From contig CBDCVK010000010.1 in the NCBI GenBank assembly GCA_965223005.1, positions 192,001 through 256,000 on the forward strand: a stretch of DNA of 64,000 nucleotides, in the 5' to 3' direction. The first letter of the stretch is position 1. Each line of letters opens with the position of its first letter. Below, piece after piece: positions 1 through 9,212 of the stretch. The stretch is from Terriglobia bacterium. Its GTDB lineage: Bacteria; Acidobacteriota; Terriglobia; JAJPHL01; JAPKYU01. The notes under the pieces were generated by a model. The model was not told where the DNA came from. It searched no databases and worked only from the letters and a program-made list of their open reading frames with translations. A program made the translations under genes and the position numbers.

Positions 1-2
1 AT

Positions 3-1229
3 CACGGTTCCCGGAGGCTGTTCCTGGCCTCTTCGTTATCCATTGTGGCGGCGCCCGCAGCGGTGGCCCGCAGAAGCCCCCAGCCAGGCTTGCGCGCACG
101 GGAGGCCCGGGGAGCTATGGAAGCAGGCAAGCTGAGTAAGCACGACCTGGCCACCCCGGCCCTGCTGCTGGACCTGAACGCCTTCGAGCAGAACGTGGCC
201 CGGATGGCCGCCCACCTGAAGGGTGCCAAACGAGCGATTCGCCCGCACGCCAAGACTCATAAATGCCCCGAGATCGCGAAGGCGCAGATCGCCTCCGGAG
301 CAGCAGGCATCTGTGCGGCTACGTTACACGAGGCGGAAGTGATGGCGGCTCACGGAATCCCGGGCCTGCTGATTACCGGAGAGCTAGTGGGCAAGCCTAA
401 GCTGAAGCGGCTCATGAAACTGGCTTCCGCCCATCGCGACCTGATGGTCATAGTGGACAGCACCGCTGGTGCGCGCGAGCTTTCTGAAGCTGCCTCGGCC
501 GCCCGCGTGGACCTGAACGTGTTGCTCGACCTGAATGTGGCTGGGCGCACCGGCGTGCCCCCGGGTCCGCCTGCGGTTGAGCTGGCAAAAGAAATCGCGC
601 GCCTGCCCCGGCTGAAGCTGCGCGGCATCCAGGCATACGCTGGCCAGGCGTCCCACACCATCGGGTTTGACAGCCGTCGCGAGGTTTCCCTGGCGGCGAT
701 GGCTCCGGCGGTGGAGACGCGCCACCTCTTGGAGAAGGCCGGCTTTGAAGTGCCACTGCTGAGCGGCGGCAGCACCGGCACCTACAACATTGATTCATCC
801 ATGGAGGGCGTCACCGAACTGCAGCCCGGCTCCTACGTCTTCATGGACGTGGACTACCGCCTCATCGGCGGCCAGAGCGGCGAGGTGTACGCGGACTTCG
901 CGCCCTCGCTAACGGTGGTGGCTACTGTCATCAGCCGCCCCTCGCCAAACGTCGCCATCCTGGATGCGGGCTTAAAAGCCTTCTCCACCGACCGCAGCTT
1001 CGGGCCGGAGTGCGTCAGCCTGCAGGGAGTCAAGTACACCTGGGCCGGAGACGAGCACGGGCGCCTCGACTTCAACGCGGCCGAGCGCGAAGTGCGCCTG
1101 GGCGACCGGCTGGAGTTTCTCATCCCCCACTGCGACCCCAGCATCAATCTCTACGACCATCTCTATGCGATCCGCAAGGAACGGGTCGAGGCGGTTTGGC
1201 CAATTGCCGCCCGCGGCTACCGAGCGTAG
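3..1229 (+). CDS. DSD1/D-threonine aldolase-like PLP enzyme (alanine racemase fold), probably 5'-partial, with twin-arginine motif
   Basis: TPALLLD, RPHAKTHK (PLP lysine), SGGSTGT, ELQPGSYVFMD, HCDPSINLYD. Frame is open back to base 3 and reads HGSRRLFLASSLSIVAAPAAVA. Confidence 0.88.
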   Translation, partial: HGSRRLFLASSLSIVAAPAAVARRSPQPGLRAREARGAMEAGKLSKHDLATPALLLDLNAFEQNVARMAAHLKGAKRAIRPHAKTHKCPEIAKAQIASGAAGICAATLHEAEVMAAHGIPGLLITGELVGKPKLKRLMKLASAHRDLMVIVDSTAGARELSEAASAARVDLNVLLDLNVAGRTGVPPGPPAVELAKEIARLPRLKLRGIQAYAGQASHTIGFDSRREVSLAAMAPAVETRHLLEKAGFEVPLLSGGSTGTYNIDSSMEGVTELQPGSYVFMDVDYRLIGGQSGEVYADFAPSLTVVATVISRPSPNVAILDAGLKAFSTDRSFGPECVSLQGVKYTWAGDEHGRLDFNAAEREVRLGDRLEFLIPHCDPSINLYDHLYAIRKERVEAVWPIAARGYRA

Positions 1230-1410
1230 GTGCTCCCTCGAACCAATCCCCTAACGGCTCTCTTTACAGCGGGCCGGCTTTTCAATAGCATAGGTTTCCT
1301 CACCTGTTCCGGGGCTCCGGGGTATTCACTGGAGCCGTTATGCTAGCGCTGGGCCGATGGTTACCAAGCCGCCGGTCCGACGGAGCACAGATTCAAAAAG
1401 GCAATAGAGG

Positions 1411-2451
1411 ATGATTCAAGCGGAAGGACTGTCGAAGCGCTTCGGTCGTACCCTGGCGGTGGACAACATTAGCTTTGAGGCAGGCCGCGGCGAAATCCTG
1501 GGCTTCCTGGGTCCCAACGGTGCGGGCAAGACCACCACCATGCGCGTGCTCACTTGTTTCTTGCCGCCCAGCAGCGGCAACGCGCGCGTCGCCGACTTTG
1601 ACGTGCTGGCGCAACCTCTGGAAGTCAAGCGCCGTATCGGCTACCTGCCGGAGCTGCCGCCCCTGTATCCGGAGATGAGCGTCACTGAGTACCTGACGTT
1701 TGTGGGTCGCATCAAGGGAGTGCCGCGGCAAGCTCTGGCAGGGCGCCTGGACGACGTGGTCGAGAAATGCGCCCTGGGCGAGGTTCGCAAGACTTTGATT
1801 GGGAAACTCTCCCGGGGCTTCCGACAGCGCGTCGGGCTGGCTCAGGCGCTGATTCACCAGCCCGCGGTTCTGGTGCTGGACGAGCCGACTGCCGGGCTCG
1901 ACCCGAAGCAGATTATTGAGACCCGGGAGTTGATCAGGAGTCTGGGGGGTGAGCACACCGTCATTCTCAGCACCCACATCCTGTCGGAGGTGTCGGCCAT
2001 CTGCCAGCGCATCATCATCATTAACGCTGGAAAGCTGGTGGCAGTGGATACTCCGGAAAACCTGACTGCTAGGCTGCAAGGCCACGAGAGGCTGTGCCTG
2101 CAGGTGGAAGGTCCGGCCGCGCACGTTCGTGAGCGGCTCGAGCAGCTTACAGGAGTCATCCAGTTGAAGCCACACGGGCGGTCGGACCATCGTCCGGCCT
2201 TCGAAATCGAGGTCGCCAGGGGCCAGGAACTTCGCGGTGAGCTGGCCCGCGCCGTGGTCCAGAGCGGCTGGAACCTGCTGGAACTCCGCCCCCTGGGGCT
2301 GAGCCTGGAGGAAGTCTTCCTGGAGCTGACCCGCTCGGAGACGCCTGTCCAAAGTGAAGGAAAAACCGAGGCCGCTGCGGAGACTGATCTTCCGGCACCG
2401 GCGTCGGAACCGGAAGAGCAAGAAGAAACGGGCGAGGAGGCAGGGAAGTGA
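1411..2451 (+). CDS. ABC transporter ATP-binding protein (GldA-like)
   Basis: Walker A GPNGAGKTT, signature LSRGFRQR, Walker B VLVLDEP. Confidence 0.92.
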   Translation: MIQAEGLSKRFGRTLAVDNISFEAGRGEILGFLGPNGAGKTTTMRVLTCFLPPSSGNARVADFDVLAQPLEVKRRIGYLPELPPLYPEMSVTEYLTFVGRIKGVPRQALAGRLDDVVEKCALGEVRKTLIGKLSRGFRQRVGLAQALIHQPAVLVLDEPTAGLDPKQIIETRELIRSLGGEHTVILSTHILSEVSAICQRIIIINAGKLVAVDTPENLTARLQGHERLCLQVEGPAAHVRERLEQLTGVIQLKPHGRSDHRPAFEIEVARGQELRGELARAVVQSGWNLLELRPLGLSLEEVFLELTRSETPVQSEGKTEAAAETDLPAPASEPEEQEETGEEAGK

Positions 2452-3215
2452 GGAACATCCTGACGATTGCGCGCAGGGAGCTGAAGACCTACTTCACCTC
2501 TCCAATCGCGTACATCGTGCTGGCTATCAGCGCGGTGATCTTTGGCTTCTTCTTTTACAGCGCACTGGCCTTCTTCGTGCAGCGCGGGATGCAGTCGCAA
2601 ATGATGGGGCGCGGTGTCCCGATGAACGTCAATGAGTTCGTCATCCGGCCCCTGCTGATGAACCTGAGTGTTATCAGCTTGTTCCTGTTGCCGATGATCA
2701 CCATGCGACTCTACGCCGAAGAAAAGCGCAGCGGCACCATCGAGCTGCTGCTCACCTCGCCGGTGCGAGACCTGGAGTTGATCCTGGGCAAGTTACTGGC
2801 CGCCTTCGTCCTTTACGCCGCCATCATGGGCCTGGTCCTGGCGAACCTGGCCGTGGTGTTTATTCGTGGTGATGCCGACTGGAAACCGGTGGCGGCCGGT
2901 TTCCTGGGGGTAGGGCTGATGGGGGCCGCGTTCCTCTCGCTCGGCATGCTGCTTTCCACCTTCACTCGCAACCAGATCGTGGCCGGCGCGCTGACCTTCG
3001 GCCTCTTCCTGATGCTCTGGGTCCTCGACTGGGTCAGCGCCTATTCCAGCAGCACGGTGGGCCAGGTGGCCAGCTACATCTCGATGACCACACACTTGGA
3101 GAATTTTGCCAAAGGCGTGATTGACCTGCGCGACGTGGTCTATTACCTGAGCGTGATCTTCCTGGGGGTCTTCCTGACCCAGCGTTCTCTGGAATCCCTG
3201 CGGTGGAGGGGCTAA
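2448..3215 (+). CDS. ABC-2 permease (GldF-like)
   Basis: About 6 TM helices. Motifs RRELKTYFTSPIAY and ITMRLYAEEKRSGTIELLLTSP. GTGA overlap with the upstream stop. Confidence 0.9.
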   Translation: MRNILTIARRELKTYFTSPIAYIVLAISAVIFGFFFYSALAFFVQRGMQSQMMGRGVPMNVNEFVIRPLLMNLSVISLFLLPMITMRLYAEEKRSGTIELLLTSPVRDLELILGKLLAAFVLYAAIMGLVLANLAVVFIRGDADWKPVAAGFLGVGLMGAAFLSLGMLLSTFTRNQIVAGALTFGLFLMLWVLDWVSAYSSSTVGQVASYISMTTHLENFAKGVIDLRDVVYYLSVIFLGVFLTQRSLESLRWRG

Positions 3216-3219
3216 GGCT

Positions 3220-4629
3220 ATGAGACCGAGCTTTTCCTGGCTCCGGAAACGGCAAACCAAATACGGCGCCTACACGGCGGCCTACGTGCTGGTGGTGTTG
3301 GCGCTGGTTGTGCTGGCCAATTGGGCCGTCAACCGCCACGCCAGCAAGAGTTGGGACCTGACCTCGACCAAACGCTACAGCCTCTCGGACCAGACGCGCA
3401 AGATCGTCGGCGGCCTGGACCGCGAAGTGACGATTCATTACTTCGACCGCAACGACCAGTTCAACCAAGCCCGTGACCTGCTGGAGAACTACAACCACCT
3501 CTCGCCGCAACTTTCGGTCGAGTACGTGGACCCGGACCGCAAGCCGGCGATCGCCAGGCAATACGAGATCACAACCTACGGGACCATCGTTCTCACCTCG
3601 GGCGACAAGCGCGAGGAAGCCAACCTGCTGGAAGAGGAGAGCATCACCAACACCCTGATCCGGCTGCTGAAAACAGGTACCAAGAATGTCTGCTTCGTCG
3701 AAGGGCACGGCGAGCACGGAGTAGACGACACGGAGCGGCGAGGCTTCAGCGGGGCCAAGGAGGCCCTGGAGAACTCCCGCTATGCCGTCAAGTCCATCTC
3801 GTTGTTTCGCCAGCCAAAGATACCCGAGGACTGCTCGGTGGTGATTGTGGCCGGACCGGAAACGGAGTACGTGCAACCCGAGGTCGAGGCGCTGCGTAGC
3901 TTTGTCGAGAATGGAGGGCGCGCGCTGTTCATGCTGGGTCCCGGCGGTTCGGAGAAGCTGGTGGAATTGCTGGCCGGCTGGAACGTGGAGCTGAAGAAAG
4001 ACCTGGTGATTGACATGAACCCGCTGAATCAGCTCTTCGGCGCCGACGCCACCATGCCCATCATCAGCGAGTACAGGTCGCACGCCATCACCCGCGAGCT
4101 GAGCCGCACGGCAACGCTCATTCCGTTTGCCCGCAGCGTGCAAGCCGGCCAAGACTCCCAGACTGGGGTTACGGTCGAGACCCTGTTTGAAACTTCAGAA
4201 GAAAGCTGGGCCACCCCGTTCAATCCGGGAATGGAAACGATCACCTTAGAGCGCGAGCAGGCAACCGAGGGTCCGATTCCTCTGGCGGTGGCCGGAACGC
4301 TGAGCAAGGACGGGGGCAATGGGGGAACTGCCGAAGGCGAGGATAGCAGCGAGAAAAAGGAAGGGCGCTTTGTGGTCGTCGGCAGCTCGCGCTTTCCGGC
4401 CAACGCTTACCTGGGGTTCAACGCCAACCGCGACCTGTTCGTCAACATCGCCAACTGGCTTTCCTCCGACGAAGACCTGATCTCGGTGCGGCCTAAGTCA
4501 CCGGAAGATCGCCGGGTCAACCTGTCTGCAGGCCAGATGCGCTGGGTCTTCTACCTGAGCGTGGTGGGGCTGCCGCTGCTGATGGTAGCCAGCGGCGTGG
4601 CGGTGTGGTGGAGGCGCAGGTACTCGTGA
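3220..4629 (+). CDS. GldG-like ABC-type auxiliary protein
   Basis: WDLT..KRYSLS..T, VDPD, GHGE, N.DLFVN..NWL; N- and C-terminal TM anchors. Confidence 0.88.
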   Translation: MRPSFSWLRKRQTKYGAYTAAYVLVVLALVVLANWAVNRHASKSWDLTSTKRYSLSDQTRKIVGGLDREVTIHYFDRNDQFNQARDLLENYNHLSPQLSVEYVDPDRKPAIARQYEITTYGTIVLTSGDKREEANLLEEESITNTLIRLLKTGTKNVCFVEGHGEHGVDDTERRGFSGAKEALENSRYAVKSISLFRQPKIPEDCSVVIVAGPETEYVQPEVEALRSFVENGGRALFMLGPGGSEKLVELLAGWNVELKKDLVIDMNPLNQLFGADATMPIISEYRSHAITRELSRTATLIPFARSVQAGQDSQTGVTVETLFETSEESWATPFNPGMETITLEREQATEGPIPLAVAGTLSKDGGNGGTAEGEDSSEKKEGRFVVVGSSRFPANAYLGFNANRDLFVNIANWLSSDEDLISVRPKSPEDRRVNLSAGQMRWVFYLSVVGLPLLMVASGVAVWWRRRYS

Positions 4630-5951
4630 ACCTGCGGGGCCTGATCATCGCGACCGTCCTGCTGGCCGGCCTGGCGGGGAGCCTCTATTTCCTCGATCGT
4701 GGCGAGGACGGCGACGAGGGTTCCGAAGAAGACAAGCTGTTTGCCGTCAACTCCGAAGAGATCCAGCAAATCACGCTCCGGCCTGCCGGCGGGGAGGTTT
4801 TAGAGCTCCAGCGGGACGGTGAGACGTGGAAGATTGTCGAACCCCGGGAGGTCGTGGCAGACGATTCCGTCGTCTCCGGCTTGCTCGGGACTCTCAGTGG
4901 GCTTGAGGCCAGCGACACCATCGAGGAGCAGCCGGTGTCGCTGGAGGATTACGGCCTGGAAGCGCCCCAGGTGACGGTGGAGTTCCTCACCAAGCCGGGC
5001 GGCACGCAAACGCTTCTGCTGGGCGACAACACGCCGACCGGCGGCTCCGTCTACGCCAAGACCAAGGACCAGCCGCGGGTCGTGACGGTGCCCAGCAACG
5101 TCAGGAACGACTTCAGCAAGACCCTGTTCGACCTGCGCGAAAAGAATGTACTGAAATTTGACACTACCAGCGCCAGCCACGCCTGGCTCCGGAACAAGTC
5201 CGGCAAGCTTGAGCTGGCCAAGGTGAGGGGAAATTGGCGATTGATGGCCCCGGTGGAGGCCCGCGCCGACCAGTTCGCCGCCAATGACCTCCTGCGCCAA
5301 GTGGCCGACGCCAAGATGCAGGCGGTGGAGGCTGAGGATGGAACGAGCAAGCAGCGCCGGTTCGGACTGGCCTCACCGGAGATCATTTTCCGCGTGCAGG
5401 ACTCGAGCGGCGAGCACGAACTGCACGTGAGCGGGGAGAAATCGGGCACACGCTACGCCCGCAGCCCTGGCCGCGCCACCCTGTTCACAGTGGAATCCCG
5501 TCTGGCCACCCAATTGGCAAAGGATTATTCGGAGCTGCGTAATAAGGACGTCTTCGATATGGACACCTGGAGCGTGTCCCACCTGGAAGCCACCACCCCG
5601 GAAGGCCGCTTGGTGTTGGACAAAGAGGACGAGCAGTGGAAGGGTAGCGGCTCCAACAAAGCGCCCGAAGCATCTGACGTTACTGACCTGCTCAGTAAAT
5701 TGAAGGCACTGCAGGCTACGTCGTTCCTGGGGGCAGCTGGCCTGGGGGCAGCCGGGCCAGCCAGCTATGGCCTGGACCAACCGGTGCTGCGCGTCCACGC
5801 CGTCTGGGCGGACAAGAGACTGGAAGAGACGGTCGAAGTGGGCCAGGCCGGTGACAAAGCCTACGCCCGCCGCGAGGAGGAACCGGCGATCTACGAAGTG
5901 GAGGCCGAGGCCCTGAAATCCGCCCGCGAAGCCGTGAACAAGCTGAAGTAG
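4626..5951 (+). CDS. DUF4340 domain-containing protein
   Basis: N-terminal TM and three repeats containing (Y/F)GL..P; GTGA coupling to the GldG-like gene. Confidence 0.82.
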   Translation: MNLRGLIIATVLLAGLAGSLYFLDRGEDGDEGSEEDKLFAVNSEEIQQITLRPAGGEVLELQRDGETWKIVEPREVVADDSVVSGLLGTLSGLEASDTIEEQPVSLEDYGLEAPQVTVEFLTKPGGTQTLLLGDNTPTGGSVYAKTKDQPRVVTVPSNVRNDFSKTLFDLREKNVLKFDTTSASHAWLRNKSGKLELAKVRGNWRLMAPVEARADQFAANDLLRQVADAKMQAVEAEDGTSKQRRFGLASPEIIFRVQDSSGEHELHVSGEKSGTRYARSPGRATLFTVESRLATQLAKDYSELRNKDVFDMDTWSVSHLEATTPEGRLVLDKEDEQWKGSGSNKAPEASDVTDLLSKLKALQATSFLGAAGLGAAGPASYGLDQPVLRVHAVWADKRLEETVEVGQAGDKAYARREEEPAIYEVEAEALKSAREAVNKLK

Positions 5952-5996
5952 CAAGTGCCAGGTGTCCGCAGACTGAGACCTGACACCCGAAAGCTG
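5952..5996. repeat. Short heptamer-periodic imperfect inverted repeat
   Basis: GTGCCAG GTGTCCG ... CTGAGAC CTGACAC CCGAAAG: 7-nt period, with left and right arms complementary. Confidence 0.4.
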
Positions 5997-5998
5997 TT

Positions 5999-6268
5999 AT
6001 GTTGGCACGCCTTTACCGCGTGCACGGAAGCGTGCAAGGCGTCGGGTTCCGCTGGTTTGTCGAGCGGGCGGCCGATCAGCTGGCCCTGCCCGGCTACGTC
6101 AAGAACCTCTACGACGGGACGGTGGAAGTGTACGCTATCGGCAGCGAAGAGCAGCTCGGCGAGCTGCGGCAACATCTGGAACGCGGCCCCCGGGGCGCGC
6201 GCGTGACCCGGGTGGAGGAAAACCCGGCGCCATTGCGCCCTTATCGCAATTTTCGCATTGAATTCTAA
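5999..6268 (+). CDS. acyP: Acylphosphatase
   Basis: G.VQGVGFR, GYVKNL.DGTVEV, GP..ARV motifs; 89 aa. Confidence 0.95.
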   Translation: MLARLYRVHGSVQGVGFRWFVERAADQLALPGYVKNLYDGTVEVYAIGSEEQLGELRQHLERGPRGARVTRVEENPAPLRPYRNFRIEF

Positions 6269-6277
6269 GGAGACAGC

Positions 6278-6853
6278 ATGCAGCCCAAGCCGACAGTGAA
6301 TACCGGGTCGCCGGCAGTAAATACCGGGAGGTTGGAAGAGCTGAAGCAGCTAATCCGCGAAGTTCCGGATTGGCCCAAGCCCGGCATCTTGTTCTACGAT
6401 CTCACCACCCTGCTGAAGGACCCAACGGGGCTGCGCCGGGTGCTCGACGCGCTGACGGCGCCCTACCAGGGACAGAAAATTGAACAAGTTCTGGCGGTTG
6501 AGGCGCGGGGCTTTATCTTCGCCGCGGCTGTCGCTGAGCGCCTGGGTGCCGGCTTTGTTCCCGTGCGCAAACCCAAGAAGCTGCCGGCTGCGACCACCAG
6601 CGTCACCTACGAGCTGGAGTATGGAAAAGACACGCTGGAGATCCACAAAGACGCCGTCACCGCCGGCCAGCGCGTGCTGATCGTCGACGACCTTCTGGCC
6701 ACCGGCGGCACGGCTGCAGCCTGCGCGCAACTGGCCCGCTCGCTGGGCGCCGAGATTGTCGGCCTGGCGTTTGTGGTGGAGCTATTTTTCCTGAACGGCC
6801 GCAAGAAACTGGAAGGCTACCCCGTCCTTAGCCTCCTGCAGTACGAATCGTAG
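6278..6853 (+). CDS. apt: Adenine phosphoribosyltransferase
   Basis: [41 protein letters not shown]. Confidence 0.96.
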   Translation: MQPKPTVNTGSPAVNTGRLEELKQLIREVPDWPKPGILFYDLTTLLKDPTGLRRVLDALTAPYQGQKIEQVLAVEARGFIFAAAVAERLGAGFVPVRKPKKLPAATTSVTYELEYGKDTLEIHKDAVTAGQRVLIVDDLLATGGTAAACAQLARSLGAEIVGLAFVVELFFLNGRKKLEGYPVLSLLQYES

Positions 6854-6896
6854 TGTTCCGTGTCCGAGGTTCGTTGAGTAAATCTGGGATATCCGT

Positions 6897-6999
6897 GAAT
6901 CCGCAGATTGCGGAGATTATCGCAGAGGAAAGACACTTCCACCTCATTCTTGATTGATGTTACGGGAGAATCTGCGGCATCTGCGTAATCTGCGGATTC
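6897..6999. repeat. About 103-bp inverted-repeat element built from 9-mers (MITE/REP-like)
   Basis: Perfect 13-bp terminal IR GAATCCGCAGATT / AATCTGCGGATTC. Arms of three degenerate 9-mers. Lies between convergent apt and hemC. Confidence 0.75.
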
Positions 7000-7004
7000 T
7001 TCCT

Positions 7005-7949
7005 TTACGGGGTTTCGGCGACCGGGGCTGGGCTGCCGTAGACTTCCGCCAGGATGCGGTCGGCGCCGTCGCGCAGCAGTTGCTGCGCAAGCCGCGCGCC
7101 GAGTTCTTCTGGGTCATTGCTTTCGCCGGCGGCGCGGAACAGGCGGCTACCATCGGGAGAAGCCACTACGCCACGAAGTAGCAGGCGGCCGTCGGGCTGG
7201 AGCCGCGCGAAACCGCCGAAGGGCACCTGGCAGCCGCCGCCCAAGCCGGCCAGCAGGGCGCGTTCGGCTGTCGTTTCCAGCCGAGCGGCGCGGTCGTTGA
7301 GCCGGGCCAGAGCGTCCAAGGTAGCTGCATCGGCGTCGCGCGCTTCGATGCCCAAGGCCCCCTGCCCGATGGCCGGGCACATCACCTCCGGCTCCAGGTA
7401 TTCGGTGATGCGAGCCTCCCAACCAAGACGTCGCAGGCCGGCAGCAGCCAGCACGAGCGCGGCAAACTGGCCTTCCTCCAGCTTGCGCAGCCGCGTATCG
7501 AGATTTCCACGCACGGGCTCGACCTTCAGGTCGGACCTCGAGTGGCGCAACTGCGCCGCGCGGCGCAGGCTGCTGGTGCCCACGCGCGTGCCAGGCGGCA
7601 GCTCGCCCAGGCGCCGCCCGTCGCGCGAAACCAGCACGTCGCGCGGGTCCTCGCGACGGGGAACGGCCGCCAGCCGTAGTCCCGCCGGCAGTTCCGTCGG
7701 TAGGTCTTTCAGACTGTGAACGGCCAGGTCCACCCGGCCGGCCAGTAGCGCTTCTTCGATTTCCTTGGTGAACAGGCCCTTGGTGCCGACCTTGGCCAGC
7801 GGCACGTCGGTTATGCGATCCCCGGTGGTTTTGATGATTTCGATATCGGCCGGGCGGCCGTGGCGCGTCAGTTCATCTCTGACCCACTGTGCCTGCCACA
7901 ACGCAAGGCGGGAGCCGCGGCTGCCGATCACCAGGCGGGGAGGACTCAT
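7005..7949 (-). CDS. hemC: Hydroxymethylbilane synthase
   Basis: GSRGSRLALWQA, KGLFTKEIEEAL, AVHSLKDLP, GTSSLRR, GGCQVP. Confidence 0.97.
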   Translation of the reverse strand: MSPPRLVIGSRGSRLALWQAQWVRDELTRHGRPADIEIIKTTGDRITDVPLAKVGTKGLFTKEIEEALLAGRVDLAVHSLKDLPTELPAGLRLAAVPRREDPRDVLVSRDGRRLGELPPGTRVGTSSLRRAAQLRHSRSDLKVEPVRGNLDTRLRKLEEGQFAALVLAAAGLRRLGWEARITEYLEPEVMCPAIGQGALGIEARDADAATLDALARLNDRAARLETTAERALLAGLGGGCQVPFGGFARLQPDGRLLLRGVVASPDGSRLFRAAGESNDPEELGARLAQQLLRDGADRILAEVYGSPAPVAETP

Positions 7950-9208
7950 TTCAGGTTGAAGACTTTTCGCACGATGTCCACGATCCGGAGACTATCGGGT
8001 TGCTGGGCCGCCGATTTCAACTGGGTCATTGGCTCGTGCAGGATCTTGTTGATGATGCCGCGGGTCAGCGCATCCAACGCCTGCTCCTGCTCTGGCGACA
8101 GCGGCCCCAGCTTGCCTTGTAACCGTTCCACCTCCCCGCGCCGGATTTCTTCCAGACGCGCCTGCAAGGAAACGATGGTGGGCACGACCTCCAGGGACTT
8201 GACGTGGGCCAGGAAGCGGTCTACCTCGTGCTCAATCAGTTCCTCGCCGCGATCGGCTTCGCGCTGGCGCCCCCGCCGGTTGGATTCGACCACCTGTTCC
8301 AGGTCATCAATGTCGTAGAGGAAGATGTTGTCAATCTTGTTCAGTTCCGGATCAATATCGCGTGGCACTGCGATGTCGATGAAGAACATCGGCCGGTTCC
8401 TGCGCTTGGCCATCAGACGCGGGCCGTCGCTCTTCCCCAAAATGAAATGCGGCGCCGCAGTGGAACTGATCACGATATCGGCCTGGGACATCGTCTCGAA
8501 CAGCTCTTCGAAGGGCACGGCCCGGCCCCCCAGCAGCGCTGCCAGTTCGACTGTCCGGTCGAAACTGCGGTTGGTGAGGAACAAGGTGGCAGCTCCGCTG
8601 CTCATCAGGTGCCGGGCGGCCAGTTCCGACATCTCGCCAGCGCCAATCACCAGCACGGTCTTGGCTTCCAGCGACCCGAAGATCTTGCGGGCCAGCTCCA
8701 CGGCTGCATAGCTGATCGAGACGGCAGACTGCCCGATCCCGGTCTCGTGGCGAATCTTCTTAGCCACGTTTAAGGCGCGGCTCATCACTTCTTCCAGCAG
8801 GCCGGAGGCCGTACCGGCTGCGTGTGCCGCCGCATAGGCGCTCTTAACCTGACCCAGAATCTGTGGCTCACCGACCACCATCGAGTCCAGGCTGGCGGTA
8901 ACGCGGAACAGGTGGCGGATCGCCTCCCGCTCGCGGTAGTGGTAGAGATAGGGGTGGATGCTGGCGAAGGGCAGACCGTGGTAGTCGGCCAGGAAACAGT
9001 GCAGCGAGTGCTCCAGTTCGGAGGGGGGAGCCCCACGGGCAAACACCTCCACACGGTTGCAGGTGGAAAGGATCAGGCCCTCGCGCACGCTGTCGTAATG
9101 CCGCAGAGCCTCCAACGCCCGGGGCAGTGCTGACTCAGGGATGGCCAGCCGTTCCCGAATCTCCACCGGCGCCGTCTTGTGGCTGAGCCCGACCAGGGTA
9201 AAGTTCAT
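7946..9208 (-). CDS. hemA: Glutamyl-tRNA reductase
   Basis: GLSHKTAPVEIRE, LSTCNRVE, LDSMVVGEPQILGQVK, GAGEM, DIAVPRDI. Confidence 0.97.
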   Translation of the reverse strand: MNFTLVGLSHKTAPVEIRERLAIPESALPRALEALRHYDSVREGLILSTCNRVEVFARGAPPSELEHSLHCFLADYHGLPFASIHPYLYHYREREAIRHLFRVTASLDSMVVGEPQILGQVKSAYAAAHAAGTASGLLEEVMSRALNVAKKIRHETGIGQSAVSISYAAVELARKIFGSLEAKTVLVIGAGEMSELAARHLMSSGAATLFLTNRSFDRTVELAALLGGRAVPFEELFETMSQADIVISSTAAPHFILGKSDGPRLMAKRRNRPMFFIDIAVPRDIDPELNKIDNIFLYDIDDLEQVVESNRRGRQREADRGEELIEHEVDRFLAHVKSLEVVPTIVSLQARLEEIRRGEVERLQGKLGPLSPEQEQALDALTRGIINKILHEPMTQLKSAAQQPDSLRIVDIVRKVFNLK

Positions 9209-9212
9209 GGTA

